From Lama guanicoe (lineage: Eukaryota): 64,000 nucleotides of DNA. The position numbers and the translations under genes are program-made. Position 1 is the first letter of the stretch. Each line of letters starts with the position of its first letter. The stretch spans positions 202,220 through 266,219 of the forward strand of contig MU053184.1 in NCBI GenBank assembly GCA_013239625.1, written 5' to 3'. The notes under the pieces were generated by a model. It saw only the letters and a list, made by a program, of their open reading frames with translations. It did not search any database and was not told the DNA's origin. This document shows positions 36,119-49,981 of this stretch, piece after piece.

Positions 36119-37854
36119 AAATTTGAGATAAGTTTAATCTGTTTCTTACTTTATATAGAAAGAAACTTGAGTTCCAGAACTCAGGCACCTGAATGACCAA
36201 AAGCCTGGTTTCCTGACCGTTTGGTACAGTGATACAGTGTTTGAAAATGGATTTATAAACTTTAATTCTCTTAACTTACACCAATGAGCTCTTTTATAAA
36301 AGAAAAAACAATATTTTCCATTTTTTGCCCTACTATATCCCCATAGATACTGTAAAGTCTGTCAAATGTGGTCTGAAATGGTGGCTACACTGAGGGATCT
36401 GAGTCTGAGGCTCGGAAGTGGCGTCTCTTACCCAAAACCACTTGGCCTATATTCATCCCAGTTCTGTAGTGCTATCATATTATGATACAGGTCCTGGAAC
36501 CAGGGGTCATGTGGATACCCCGAGGATAAGTGCAGGTGGGGGTCTCTGGAGCACAGACTTTTCAAAAGGAATGCCAGCACTTTGGCGCAAAACAATGTTT
36601 CAACCATAATGAGTATGCCTTGGCTGCTTGCTCACTGACTTTGGAACCCGGACTGGCAAAGAATCCTATCTCTTGCATTTGTTGAGTTGGGACTTTGATG
36701 TCTTCTGTTGGCTGTTCCGATTTCCTACACCTGATCGCGCCCCTGCTTCGTGCTCCTGCTGTGCTCCCAGGCGCCAGCACCCCACCTGCTCTCTCCTAGC
36801 TTTCCAACCTCCTGTCTTTCCCACTAGTCATTGGCTTTTCCTTTTCCACCTGGCCTTGACAGCTTGCACCGGCCCTGTCCTGCAATGCTTACTGGCTCTT
36901 GACTAGTAAATCACCATGGGCAGCATGTGGTACTGTTATGAGACAAGCCTGCCTTGTCAATGAGAATTTAAACTCCTTTAAAAGGACCGTCCCTCTTTTG
37001 TTTTCTTAAACCAACATCTATCCTGGTGCTGGGAAACATGACCACAGAAGCCAGCAGGTTGGTTCAGCATTGATGATACCCTCTATCTTTTCTTATGACC
37101 ACTAGCTAGACATGACCTCATCTTAGTTCTGGTTCTGACTGAGAAGAATTCCAGTACTGAGAAAAATGGGCAGACTTGGAGTTGGACAATAGTGGTTTGG
37201 GGCTAAACTCTTCCAGGGAATTTTCGTCTTTGAGCCTCACTTTTTTCATCTAGAGAGGAGGCCCTTTATTAATGGCTTCATTAATAAGATTGAGATTCCT
37301 GAGTAACTACACCCAACAATAGTCCAAGTTATTTCTTCAGATAAAATGGGATTTGCCATACAGCAACATCAGAGTCCTTCAGGTCTGAACCCAGACCCCA
37401 GTCTCACAGACGAACAACTCTTGAGGTCCCAGAATTTGCCATTGCATCAGTAGATTGTAGAATTAGTGAATAAAACTACATTCTCCAATTTAATCTGAGA
37501 TTCTTATAGAATCTTCTAACTTGTCTTATTTCAGCCTGAAACTTCTTGACATTGACATCCTTTTGGTAAAATCATCTCTGAGCTAGAATATGAAACTTTA
37601 TGAAGAGCATGACCTCAATATGTATATACTGAAAAAAATACATTAAGATGTTAAACAGTGGCTATATTCTGTGATTATGGGTATTTTAATTCTTTTTTTT
37701 TGTATTTTCCATTTTCTCCACTGAATATCCTGCTTCTGTAGTCAGAAAAACAAACAGGTAATGCACAAATTTTTTTTGAAAATCTCAGCATTTTTACTTA
37801 TGATGGGGAATGAAGAGGATGAGAGAAGAAGCAGTTGGAAGGCCTTGAGTAACT

Positions 37855-38190
37855 TGTTTTTGTTCATCCTTTCAACAAATGTTCATTGACCATCTAATAG
37901 ATACAACCTTGAATTGAGTCTTTGCCAGAGGTAAAAGTAAATCAGAAACAGAAAAAGTAAATCAGAAAGTTGACCTCAATTAACTTGGAATTTAGCTGGG
38001 GTATACCAACGTATACTAAATGTATATTAGAGTCCATGCACTAAAGGCCATATGAAACCTTACACAAGGAGCTTTGGCTTACATGAGATAAAGGTCACCT
38101 TGGGGTTGTTAGGAAGGACTTCATTAGGGAGGTGGCATTTAATTTGGACTTGGAGGGTGAGTAGCATTTTGATAAGTGAAGATGGCAACA
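37855..38190 (-). mobile_element. L2 3' region
   Basis: ttcaacaaatgttcattgacc...ggaaggacttcattagggaggtggcattt. Confidence 0.65.
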
Positions 38191-39699
38191 GGAGATGCTT
38201 GTTCTCCATCTGTTTCCTCTGTGCTCCCTGTAGCCAGCTAGGAGAAAACATAGGGATGGAAGCTCGCTCATCTCCCCCTCGTATGAAGAGGAGCCTGTGG
38301 AGAGGAGTAGAAATGATGAGGTTGAGGATGGGAATTCCGCCTTCCTCATCCTTGTATTCCCAGTGCACCAGTCTGGCTACGTAGTGTCTCTGTGCTTAGT
38401 GAATGCTTAGTAAATGAACAAATAAATGACTAGTGAAGTCATAAGCCAAAGTGGTCAGTAGTGTTGGAGGAGGTCATCAGGAGGGCACAACTACCAGCTG
38501 ACCTGTGAGCTGGACCTGGACAATTGGAGGCTCCTTGTCCCTTCCCTGTCCTTGGAATGTACATTCTGCCCACCATTCGCACTGTTCCAAGTGGGAACTG
38601 TTCCAAGGATGCAGCTTTGAGAGAGTAAGGTGCTCTTGAGACCATCTGGATCATAATGCTGATGGAACCAAATCATGTTTTCTCTATAAACCTCTAAGTT
38701 TCTGGTGGGCAGGTGGGTAGATCTGTTCTCATCTGTGGCTGCCCAAGACAAGCCTAATAATTAAGTTCTATTGTTTATTAAAACTGCCACCTACTAACCT
38801 GGAGTGGCCTGCTTCTTTCTTCCATCTCTCCTTTCCCTCCATGTATGGAGCAAATTTACAAACCATCAGGTAGTAGTGAGTTTCTCCAGATTCATGGAAT
38901 TACTCCTATTAACTTTCCAGGAGGGAAATTAAAATATGTCCTATGAGTTTATAAATTGGTTATGCATTTGCTACTTTAATGTTTCTTACTCCCCTGTGTG
39001 TACATATGTACCCTCCCAGGGTGGCTCCTGTTAGTCTCTGAATGTCCTGTCTTAATTCTGGGAATCAGTTGCTTAACTGTAATCCACTACCCTGACTCAA
39101 TCGTACTTGCTGGGGACCACATCTGTGCCTTGTCCATGCTTGTTTCCCCAGGGCCCAGCTAACGGACTGCCCCCACGTGGGATGTATATAAATATTTGTG
39201 AAATGAATGAATACCTGATGTCCCATGATGAAGTGACACCATGGACAGCTGTTAATGGATGTGTCAGCTTGACTATAATTGACTATAAATGGATTAGGAG
39301 GGAGTTCAGACATCTACGAACTGCCTGAAAGTTCATTTGGGGACGTAAATTAGTTCATTGTTTGCAGAGAATAGAATTACATTAGAGCAGAATATATAAC
39401 ATGTTCTTTTGGGTACCAAAGGACAAACCAGTGAATACAGTTGAATGCTATGGGATGGGACAGTAGGGTCACTCAGAACTTCCCTTCTGGGGTTTCAGTT
39501 GTTTGAGTCTCCATTTGGTCTGGACCAACATTTTGGTCTACCCTCAGGAGGTGACTAAGTAGAGAATTTCAGTACACTTCCTACATAAGAAAAAATATGA
39601 AACAAAAATTGTCTAAAACCAAGTTCCTTAACATTGCCCTTCCTTTGCTTAAAACAGGCTCTGTTAGCCTTCCTACTAAACCCTCTAAAACTGCACCAA

Positions 39700-40848
39700 A
39701 ACATACCCGTGGTTCCCAGATTAATAAAGCCAGTGATCAATTCTTAATCCTCACCTTGCTTGGCCTATCCATGCATTTGACATGGTTGATGACCCCCTCT
39801 GACTTTTTTTCCCATTTGGTTTCCTATTTTACTGACTGCTCCATTTCAGACCCCTTTGCTGGTTCTTCCTCATTTCTTCCTGCTTAATGTTGGAGTGTAT
39901 GAAGTCTCAGGGGTTGGTCCTCTTCCCTTTGTCTTAAGTCCTTCCTTATCCTGGTGGCTTTAAATACCAAATATGTGCCATCAATTTCCAAATATATCTC
40001 CAATTCAGACTTTTATGTACAGCTGACTTTCCAATCAGTTGGAGGTCCAGACACCATCCTTCACTCCTCTCTTTCTCTCATCCCCTAAATCCAATTCAGG
40101 GTATATCCTGTTAGCCCTGTTGTAAAAGCACATCTGGAGTTCTACCACTTCTCACTGCTTCCACTGCTCCCTTTCTGCTGCGAGCATCCATCACCTCTCA
40201 CTTGAATTGCAACTAAGATCTCCTAACTGGTCCTTCTCCGTTTGTACTTGCCTCCTGCAGATCCTTCTCAGTATAGCAGCTGGAATGATCCTTTTAAAAC
40301 ATAAATCAGGTCATGTCACTCCTCTGCTCAGAACCCTTCAGTGAATCCCCACCTCACGCAGAGTAAAAGCCAGAGTTCTACAATGGCCCCGGACGTGTTA
40401 TGTGATAGACATCCTTCCCACCACCAGTTTCTTCATCTCCTCCTATCTTCCTCCTCATTCTGTCTGCTCCAGATGCGATGGCCTCCTTGATGTTTCTTGA
40501 ACATGCCAGAAGGTCTCCCACTTTAGGCCCCTTGCGCCGCCTGTTCCCCCTGCTTGGCGATGTCTTCATGGCTGTCTCCCCCACTCTGAGATCTTTGCTC
40601 AAATTCTCTCTTGTCTGTGAAATGTGTCCCATCCTCTTCTGGACACTCCCAACCCCTCTTGCCCTGTTGGCACTGACCGTCTCCTAGCATACTATATAAT
40701 TCTCAGGTCCATTGCTATCTCTGCTATCCCTGCTCCAGTACAGGCTGTGAGGACAGGGATTTTTGTGTTTCTTTCATTGACAAAGCCAAAATATCTAGAA
40801 CAATGCCTAGCATGTAGGTGGTACTCAGTAAATACTTGTTGAATGAAT
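39700..40848 (+). mobile_element. L2a LINE, ~1.1 kb including 3' end
   Basis: gatccttttaaaacataaatcaggtcatgtcactcctctgctcagaaccctt...tagaacaatgcctagcatgtaggtggtactcagtaaatacttgttgaatgaat. Confidence 0.9.
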
Positions 40849-40879
40849 TACTAATGCCTTCCTTACTTTCCCCCCTACT

Positions 40880-41850
40880 TCTCCCCTTCCTCTGTAGCCA
40901 GTCATCCATCAGTCCAGTTATTTACACCCGTCCCTCTTCTAAGAACCTCACTCTACCCAAGCTACGCTCATTACCCACACTCTAATTATTCTCACCTGAG
41001 CTGTTGTTATTTACTGTCTTCTGGACCAAATCTCCCCTGAACACTTCCCCTAAATGCATTTGCAAGGTTATCTCTGACCATGCTGAGCTCCTAACTTCAG
41101 CGATACCCCATTGCTCATATGAAATCCCAACTCCTTAACCTTGTCTCCAAGGGCTTCTGACTCACCACTCCAGTCTCACCTCCCACTAATCCTCTCTGCA
41201 GCTCCTCCTCCTGCCAGATGACCTTACATTCCATCTCCTAATGGCGTGTTACCATTATCTTCCTCTGTGCTTTTGCACATGGTGTTTTCCCCACCCAGGA
41301 AGTCTTCTCTCCACACTCCCGTCTGTTCTCCAGTGGCCTGCTTAATGCTTTGTAGTCTGGATCTCTGTTTCTTAACAAAGTGGGCATGAATGATACACTG
41401 ACCCTGCTATGCTCATATAGCTCCTTTAGGCATATAACAAGGAGCTCTGGCCAATAGGTGTGTTTTAGAATATACTACAGGGAGTGAAGAATAAATACTT
41501 GGCTGAAGGTGGGAGGAAATGAAAATACCTGAAATGCCATAAAGAGTTAATGTGATCTCCTCCTTAAAAAGCATTTCCTGACCCTTTTGTTCTGAAAGAC
41601 CTCTCCCTCCGTGCCTTCTCACACACTTTGTTATCTGTACCACACGAATAGCAGTTCTTTACTTACTGCCTTGTGATGGCTTCTTGATTGTCCTCTTGAG
41701 CAGTTGGATCGTGTATTGCCATGTGATTTCTCACGTTTATTTTTGCTTTTTGCCCTCTGTGAGGACAGGGAACATGTCCTACGCTTCTGGGTATCCCTTG
41801 GGGTACTTGTCTGAATTCCTTGCTCAAAGCAGGCACTCATTGATACTGGA
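40880..41850 (+). mobile_element. L2 fragments
   Basis: aaatcccaactccttaacc...ctgtgaggacagggaacatgtc. Confidence 0.6.
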
Positions 41851-42239
41851 ATTAACAAGCAGGACATGTCATTACCATGCGCCCCCCCTCCCCCCGTTGG
41901 ATGGTGCCCACGTTGGATGGAAATGAGTGGAAGAACTCCTGCTGCTTTTAACTGCGCTGTCTTTGGCTTTTGGGAACCCTGAGGGTCCCATTTGACAACT
42001 TTCCTTTGAGTGAGAATCGAGTAGCCAAGCCCCAGTCCCACTCTAGTTTGGTCTTTGTGCTGGTGATTGGCAACGCTTCAAGGGACTGATTTTCCAGGAG
42101 CAAGACATGGTGGTCACCCCTTGTTATGTGCTGGCCCAGGGCTCGGTCTCAGGCTTTTTTCTATGTCCTCTACGAAAGTCCAGATCATAACTTTAGAGGG
42201 TAGGAGGAGACAAAGGGAGTGAGGAAGGGCAGAAAGGGG

Positions 42240-42465
42240 CAGTAGCGGGCATGGGTCCCACGGACCCAAATTCAGATCTCAGTTCTACTGCCATAGAGGT
42301 TTGATTCAAGGCAAGTCACTTAACCTCTTTGAGTCTGGATTTCTTCACTTAAAAGCTGTGGATAAGAAATTCTTATTCATCCTCCATTTATGAGAATTAA
42401 ATATAAAGCATCTAATTTAGTGCCTGACCTGGAGTAGACACCTAGCAAGTAAATGGCAGGTGATA
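42240..42465 (+). mobile_element. MIR SINE
   Basis: ggcaagtcacttaacctctttgagtctggatttcttca. Confidence 0.8.
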
Positions 42466-42469
42466 GACC

Positions 42470-42700
42470 TTGGTTTTATTTTCAAAGCATGGCCACAGTC
42501 ATGACAACATTTATTCCTTATGATAACCCTGTGAACCCAGTAGGGTACACTTACTGGGCCCCTTTTACAGATAAATGAAAGGAATTCTGGAGAAGTTAAC
42601 TAGTTTTCTTAACGTCAGTCAGAAAAATCATATCTAAACAAGGTTAAAAATCCAAACCTTCTGTTTTCTAAACCTAAAACACTTTGATATATTATGCTTC
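42470..42700 (-). mobile_element. MIR SINE
   Basis: ataaccctgtga...cccttttacagataaatgaaagg...agaagttaactag. Confidence 0.65.
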
Positions 42701-43667
42701 ACATGAATAAGTAAATGTCTATAAAGTACTTACAGACTGTGTGGTAACATATTTTCATCTCCGATTCTGATACAGCATGGTGTGTTCTTTAATTGGATCT
42801 TTGTATTTAATTAGTTCTTTTTATACAAACTCATTGATGGATATTATTTTTGAGAAAAAAAGTTTAATTTTTCTTTCAATACTTTGTAGATTTTGCCACC
42901 AACTCAACATATAATCACTTAATGCTTTTTTTTCTTAACAAAAATGTAAGGAATTGCTTTATAAAAAGAAGCTGAAACTTTTTTTCTGAAGTGGGTCTCC
43001 AAGGAAGCAAAGAATTGCCAGACAATTACTTTCCTCCCCCTCCATATAGGAGGCAGAATGCAGTCTTATTAAAATCCTGAGAATGAATTCACTTAAGCTC
43101 CTACTGCAGGATGCTTTTTCTGACAAGTTCTGTCTCAAAAAAGTATGTTGTACCACTAATTAAGAAATTATTTTGACAGGGTGAATGTTTTGAAGATCTG
43201 TATTGTACACAACCTAATATAGTCTAATTTTCTTCCAGTGTAACAAAATATATGGATTTAAGGAAAAAAAGTATGGCCAGATAATATCAATAATAGGAGG
43301 GCCTCAATTTTAGCTGAGAAGAATTCAAGGAGCAACCAGCCAATTTGTCTAGGGAAATTTGCTCTCGGCTAAGATGGTATAAAAGGTCTTACCCCTGGGC
43401 AAATCATTTATTTAAAAAGTTTGGTAAAAGAACATTTTTTTCCCACTGATTGTAAGAATTTTCAGAGTTACCATTTTTTGTTGCAAGGGTGCAAATGGGA
43501 GGTAAATGGTTTGCTATCTAGAAGGATAGCAAATTGGGAGTGTTTTCTGAGTATTTTTAATTAAGCTCCATTCTAAGTTTTAAGCATTTTCTGGGCTTGA
43601 AGCATATCCCAAGAAAGATTGTGGGTACATGGGGGCATCTGTAAATCCCTAGCTGATAAACTATCCT

Positions 43668-43696
<29 letters not shown>
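43668..43696. repeat. (TG)n microsatellite
   Basis: Perfect TG run. Confidence 0.95.
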
Positions 43697-43700
<4 letters not shown>

Positions 43701-44199
43701 GAGTAACTTCAGACAATCCAAAATCTTTATTTTCTCTATTCCTTTCATTTCTAATTGATGATGCTTTTAGAGTCTAGGTGAGAACACTTGTAATAAAATA
43801 AATACTTTTCCAAGTAAGTACTACTTATAACACGGATTTTTACATTAAAATTTTTTGTAACAATTTTCATTATAAAATGAGAAATATATTCTTAAACTAT
43901 GTGTAGGGGGAGTTAACCTAGTACCTAACAAATAGTACCTAGGAATACAAAGAACACTTTAAAAACTCCCATACGTAGATGAAAATAGTATTTTAGGTCA
44001 AACACTAGTAAGGCTCTCAAAATTACAGAGAGGTTGGTTCTAGGTCTTCGGCTGTATGTTCTGTAGGACCTTGGCTCCTAAATACCACAGAACCAAATGG
44101 AGCACTTTCAAAAAATACCCATTCCCTGGCTGCAGGCCAGACTAACCAAGTCAGAACTTCCCTTTACAAGCTTCTCAAATTTTTTTGATGAACAGACTT

Positions 44200-44600
44200 A
44201 GTGATGGGAGAAGTGAGGGGGACTCTGGTTTTCTAGCCTGGGCTACAGGATGTGGCAGTTAGAGAGTATTAGCTGTAAGGGAAGATGATGTGGTCAGTCT
44301 TGGGCAGGTTGCATTTGAGGTGCTCATGGGAATCTAGGTGGAGGTCAATGGAAAAGGCCAGATCAGAGACATACATTGCTGACTTGTCCATTGGTTCTTG
44401 ATCATTCCAGAAGCAGACATGAACAAGGTTTCCCATGATGGGAGCATGAAGTGCAAAGAAAGCTGTGATCTTCAATTCACAAAACATTTTCTGATTACCT
44501 ACTGTGTGCCAGTCATTGAACCAGGCACTGGGTGATCAAAATGAATGCCTCTTCCCTCAGTTAATTCGCTGTTTGGTCGGGAAGGAAAATGCAGAGTTGA
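44200..44600 (-). mobile_element. L2 fragments
   Basis: ggttttctagcctggg...gcatttgaggtgc...; acctactgtgtgccag. Confidence 0.65.
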
Positions 44601-44603
44601 GCA

Positions 44604-44839
44604 CAGTTGACCCTCGAACAACCTGGGAGTAACAGGTGCTACTCCTCCATGCAGTTGAATATCTGAGTATAACTGTAAAGTCAGACCTTCTTATCTGCAG
44701 TTTCTCCATACTGGAGGTTCTGCATCCATGGATTCAACCAACCTCTGATCATGTACTACTGTAGTATTCACTATTGAAAAAAAATTCATGTGTAAGCGTA
44801 CTCAGGCAGTTCAAACCCCTGCTGTTCAAAGGTCAGCTG
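44604..44839. mobile_element. Tigger2-derived MITE (Tigger2a-type)
   Basis: TIRs cagttgaccctcgaacaac ... gctgttcaaaggtcagctg followed by TA. Confidence 0.9.
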
Positions 44840-44895
44840 TATATTGGAGAATAATAATGTTGCAGTGGTTAATGGTAGAGCAGGTACTTGGGTAC

Positions 44896-45586
44896 CTGAA
44901 AGGAGTAGCCAGCAGAAAAGGTATACTGGACGCCCTTAATATTTGAGATGAACAAACCAAGAGGTAAAACAAGAAGTAAACACTCTCAATAATCATGATG
45001 GTTTGTCCTGCTTGGGGAAGGGAGAGAAAGAGTTCTCAAAGCCCTTCTCCCTGAGGATTGCCAGATTGAGAGCCCCAACCAAACCAAACCAGGCAAAACC
45101 AGGATGCCCAGTGAAATTTGAATGTCAGGTAAACAATGAATAATTTTTTTAGTATGTTATGTATTTAGTGTAATTATTTAGTATAATTATGTTCCATACA
45201 ATATTTGGGGCATTCTTATGGTGAAAAATAAAACATTGTTTATATGAAATTCCAATTTAACCCTGCATATTTTTTCTACCATCATGAGTCAGTAATGATG
45301 CTTACTATATTGTTACTACTCCTGTTCTTGCTTTATACCATTTCAATAGTGCTTTACAGCATTCAGAACTATGTCTTCACCTTATGATAGCACTGAGTAT
45401 GAGGAGCCAGTGGACCTTCTCACTGGAACAACTGGCCAGAAGAAGGGGTATACTGGACACCCTTGATACTTGACATGGACAAAACAAGGGATAAAGCAAG
45501 AAGTAAATCAATAATCAAGAGGGCTTGTCATGCTTGGGGAAGGGAGATAAAGAATTTTCAAACCCTTTCCACCTTAGGATTGCCAG
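44896..45586 (+). repeat. Diverged ~165-bp direct duplication (44896-45064 and 45423-45586)
   Basis: Shared ggtatactggac-ccctt-ata-ttga, caagaagtaaa, tcaataatca, tgcttggggaagggaga, aggattgccag. Confidence 0.9.
45053..45287. mobile_element. MER53 palindromic hAT MITE
   Basis: aggattgccagat...caggatgcccagtgaaatttgaatgtcaggtaaacaatgaataattttttt...caatatttgggg...gtttatatgaaattccaatttaac. Confidence 0.9.
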
Positions 45587-45699
45587 TTCTCGCCCTTCCA
45601 CCCGCAGTGAATATATCTGCACTTGATCACTGTTTCTTTCTCAACAGAACATTCTCCAAAGAACATAATTGTTTCTCATTTTGATATCCTTGTTTGCTT

Positions 45700-45920
45700 T
45701 CACTCAGTGCACAAAGTATTTTCACATAACTGCCTTGCATGTCCTGACGGACAACAGCCCTAAGGGATTGGTAGGGCAGAGATTAATACATCCATTTCCA
45801 TATAAGAAAACGACTCAGTGAGGTTTGGTGACTTGCCCAAGGTTACACAGCTTAATTGTGGCAGAATGAGACCTTAACCCATTTCTACTGACTCAAACTC
45901 TAGTGCTTGTCTATTACCTT
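45700..45920 (-). mobile_element. MIR SINE
   Basis: gtgacttgcccaaggttacacagcttaattgtggcaga. Confidence 0.8.
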
Positions 45921-47129
45921 ACCCTATCTCTGAAAACCAATAGAAACCCATCGCATTGAGGTTAGCTTCTGCATTCTCATGTTTTTCTTGATAGAGGAAC
46001 GTAGCTCTAAGTTGTATTTGAACAGGCTTAAAATTGGGGACAAATGATAATACACCAATGTAAAGGGGGATGACCTTCATAAATTAGCTACATTTATAGA
46101 CGATTAATAAAAATCATTGAAGACTTCCAAATATCTCATGAACAGCTGCCATTAATGAAGCCTTGAAATATTCTGTATAATTACATGTTGATCACTAGAT
46201 GTAGTCTATTCTTATGACTTCTGTATTTGGAAAAAAATTTGCATAACACAGTATATCCAGTTTATTCCTTGGTGTCTGTAAACTTGTAAATAATTTCATG
46301 AATTAAAATGGCTCAAGAAAAGAACATAGTTTATAACTGAAAATTTAATAGAATTTAGATATTTATGTGATCTATTACTGTATGTTTATTCCCTATATGT
46401 TTTATGGGACATGAATCTGATCTCTGAGAGTCTAAATTGAGGTTAGTAAATCTATCATAACAAGGATACTAGATTATTATTAGAAGAACATAAAGCTTTT
46501 TACTTTTAAGTGTAATGCTTAATGAATGAATTTTTTTTTAAGTTGCTAAAGATAGGGGCCCTGTTTGGGAGGGAGAGAATCCTCTTCCTAGGCAATCCTC
46601 CATTTTCCATCACCAGACACAGTTCCTCTTTTAGTTTCTTTTTCTGCTGCTTTTAGCTCATGCTCAATAAATGATACCATATTTTCATGTTAAATGCTAT
46701 GTTCTTTTTTAATTTTATTTTTTCCTGGTTTTATGGGGTGTTATGAAAAACTGCTCACTTGAAGAAATTGACAGGTCCATTAACAGAGAACTTTATGTCT
46801 GAGAGTCCAAGCAGTTAGCCTTCTGGATAGTCAGGAAGTGGAGGGTGTCAGACCCAGTCATTTTTATTGCAGACTAAAACGATGGCTGCAAGGAGATGGG
46901 CTCACATTATCACTGTATATAAATCACCCAGCTTGTCTTTCATGTCTTGCCTTCCCTTAGAAATTGAAAAGCTCAGAGTTCTTACACTTCAAATAAGAAA
47001 AGAACAGAAAGCTTATGAGACTGGATCCAGCCCAAGCTTCGTTCAGCCCAGCTGACGTCTCTGGGTTCCAGGGGATGTATGGGAAGATGTGCATGTCCCA
47101 CCTGATTAATTTCAAAGAGTACATATGTG

Positions 47130-47290
47130 TCTCAAAAGAGCATGGGTTTCTAACCAGACAAAACTGGTTATAAAGGTCAGCCCTGCCATTAACTAGCTGT
47201 GTGGTCATGGACAGTTTGCTTAACTTTCCTGTGACCTGGTTTTTTCTCCTGTAACATGGTGATAGCAATGACAATTCTTAGTTATTCTTC
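47130..47290 (+). mobile_element. MIR SINE
   Basis: gccctgccattaactagctgtgtggtcatggacagtttgcttaac. Confidence 0.8.
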
Positions 47291-47470
47291 TGATGGAAAA
47301 TATAGAGGTGGTTGGGATCCTGAATTGCCCATCAGCTGGAAGAGTCTGTTGAGGACCTGCAGCAGGGCCATTCCAGGAAAATGCATAGTTTATGAACATA
47401 GCCCCAAGTGGACGTCTTCCCCAGTAAGCTGAAAGCAGAGAGAGCTGTAAAGCGTGGTTCCGAAGGGGCA

Positions 47471-47911
47471 GGTCTTAGGTGGAGCTCCCTGGGAAACAGA
47501 CTCAGATGCAGAGGATGGTGGGCAGGAGGTGGACAGACGAGAGCTTGCAGGAGCAACACCCGTGAGGACAGAGGGAAGGAGGACTGGGTGAGGGAGGTGT
47601 GCAAACACAAAGTGGACACAGCAGTCTCGGGTGATCCCACAGGGAGCTCTGAAGCTGAGATGGCCCTTCAGTGACATCCCCAATCAAAGCAAGGGGGGCA
47701 GGATTTACGTCCCTGCAATGACCATTATCGGGTACCGGCTGCTCCTGAGGACAGGATATAGCTGGAATGGGGCAGCATCCTTCAGCTGAGGGCAACCTGC
47801 GGGGAGAGACTCAGCTGTGAGCTGTCAGCAGCCAGTGCTCCTGATAGTCAGGGGAGTGAGTGTCTCGGTTCTCAAGTGGGGATCTGGAGGCATGCCACAG
47901 TATTCACTCCA
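47471..47911 (-). mobile_element. ERVL solo LTR, LTR16C-like
   Basis: gatcccacagggagctctgaagctgagatggcccttcag...gactcagctgtgagctgtcagcagcca...ggggatctgg. Confidence 0.9.
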
Positions 47912-48074
47912 GGAGAGAGGAACAAAAGGAAGCTCAGCCCCTTTCCTGAGCCCCTTCTCGATCCCAGGCACTGCACAGGGTACTTTCCTCAGTGTCTTTA
48001 ATGCTGCTGTGTAGGCATCAGTGACCTATGCCAACTCTCCAGAGAGATTTCAGGATTCCTTCCTTCCTCTAAAT

Positions 48075-48274
48075 TAGTGGTTCTCAGGGTGATTTTGCTC
48101 CCCAGGGGAACACTGCCAGAGCAATGTCTAGAGACATCTGTGTTTGTCATAAGCGGGAGAAAGGTGCTTCTGACATCGGCAGAGGCTGGGGATGCTGCAC
48201 AACATCCTACAGTGCATAGAATGATAGAATGATCCAGCCCTCAATGCCCGCAAGGCTGAGGCTGGGAGACTCTG
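48075..48274 (+). mobile_element. MER20 MITE
   Basis: tagtggttctcagggtgattttgctccccagggg...gcaatgtctagagacat...ggatgctgcacaacatcctacagtgca. Confidence 0.9.
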
Positions 48275-49981
48275 CTGTAATCGTTAGGAAGGAGAATGCA
48301 CATTGGGCCACAATAATGGAGGAAAGAGTCTTCAACCACATGGCTCATTCCCTTGGCTTTTTCCTCTCCTGGTTCTTTGGGTATCTCTAAGCCTCTTGAA
48401 TTTTCTGAATGAAAGGCCTCAATCCACGTGACTGGTACCACAAGATGGGCCTGGGGCTCTTCCCCTTTGCCACTCCTTCAGTCTGGCTGGACCAGGTGGG
48501 TTTCAGGAGAGGGGTCTGGGGTCAAGGAGAGAGGTTAGGCCAGTGTCACTCTAGCTTGGAGGGAAGGGGACACGCCATTCCTTTGCTGTATCTTTGTCCT
48601 TCTTCTTGCCATCAGAGGGGTAAGACTCCAAAGGCCCAGATGAGGTGAGTGAGAGGAAAGGGGCTCAGGAGGATACATTTATTCTGGGTCCTAGGCCTCC
48701 ATCTCGGCTTGTCTGTTTCTCAAATTGCTCGGAACCCAGGGAAAGGAGGCCTGTTTATTGCAGACTCCCTTAGAGCCCTCCACATTCCTGCCTGCTAGAT
48801 ATATTTGGGAAGAGCTAGAGTTCTTCCGGATCTGTGTGTTGAACTTGCTGTCCTGTTTGCTCAGCCCTAGCCTGGGAGTTCCTCCCAAGCAGGACGCCTA
48901 TTCCTCTCACATCCCTCTTTCTCCTTCTTAATCTTCCTCTTCCTAGGGTCCACAGCAAGGAGCTAAGTAAGAATTTTATTTTCTACAAATGTCTTTAGTT
49001 TCTTGGGTGTAGAAAAGCAGGCTTCATACCATGAAAATCTCTTCAGAGATGATCTGGTTGTTTCAAAAATGATATTAATAAAAACAACATGTGAAATTGA
49101 CCATTTTCACAGGGCACCCGTGGTAAGGTTTTTGTTGTAACTGACAAACCAGGTGCAGAATATTCCATGTATAATTTAGACGCATTCCCTGTGGGCTGCT
49201 CTGCTGGTTTTGTATATAACTTCAGTTATTATTGCCATTAAGAAAAGATATTTTAGGGACAAACTCATTTTTTGAATAGATTGTTATCTCAAATTAAAAA
49301 AGATTACGGGAACTGGCAATCAATGTAGCCATCTAATTGCTATTTCTCCAATTAAAAATTAATATACAGAAAGAGCTGCCTGGAACCAATTGGTCTTCAG
49401 ATAATTTTGAAATTAGGGGAAAAAAGAATAGTTAAAAAGCAGCAGGCTTCGGTGGGTGCAGGAGGGCTTGTGGTTCCTGCTCTCTTTTTGCAGTAAGGCT
49501 GCGAGGACAGGCGACATGTTCCTGACCTTGCGCCCATGGCTGCCACACCCAGGGCTGACTGGAAACAAAGGAACACTGAGCTCGAGTCTCATTGCTCCTC
49601 TTGTGTTGAAGATTTATGTATGAAATCACTGGATTTTGTGAGGTATTGAAGATGAGATGGCAGGTGTCATTTTCATACAGAGCGTGTCATTTCGTCGAAG
49701 TGGTAGAAAGCGTGTGTGACGGTGCTTGAGCTAAAAATTTTCCTCTGTTCTTTGAGGATGTCAGTGATGCCATCCCAGCTCTTTCTCTTCTGCAGAACTT
49801 CATTTGCTAAGCAGTGTTTAGTTAGATGAGGACCGGGGAAAACGAAATCAAAGGAAGACTCTTGTGTCTTGAAGACATGACGTCCTTCTGTTTTGTTCGA
49901 AATAAGACTCTTTAATCTGAAAGAGTCATGCTTTGCATTTGGAGTGTAATAGGCACTTAGTTTTAATCTGGAACAAATTAT

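Noticed and set aside
46237..46251. OCT4-SOX2 composite-like ATTTGCATAACACAG
   Set aside because: Mismatch in the SOX half and isolated in AT-rich DNA; not supportable without binding data
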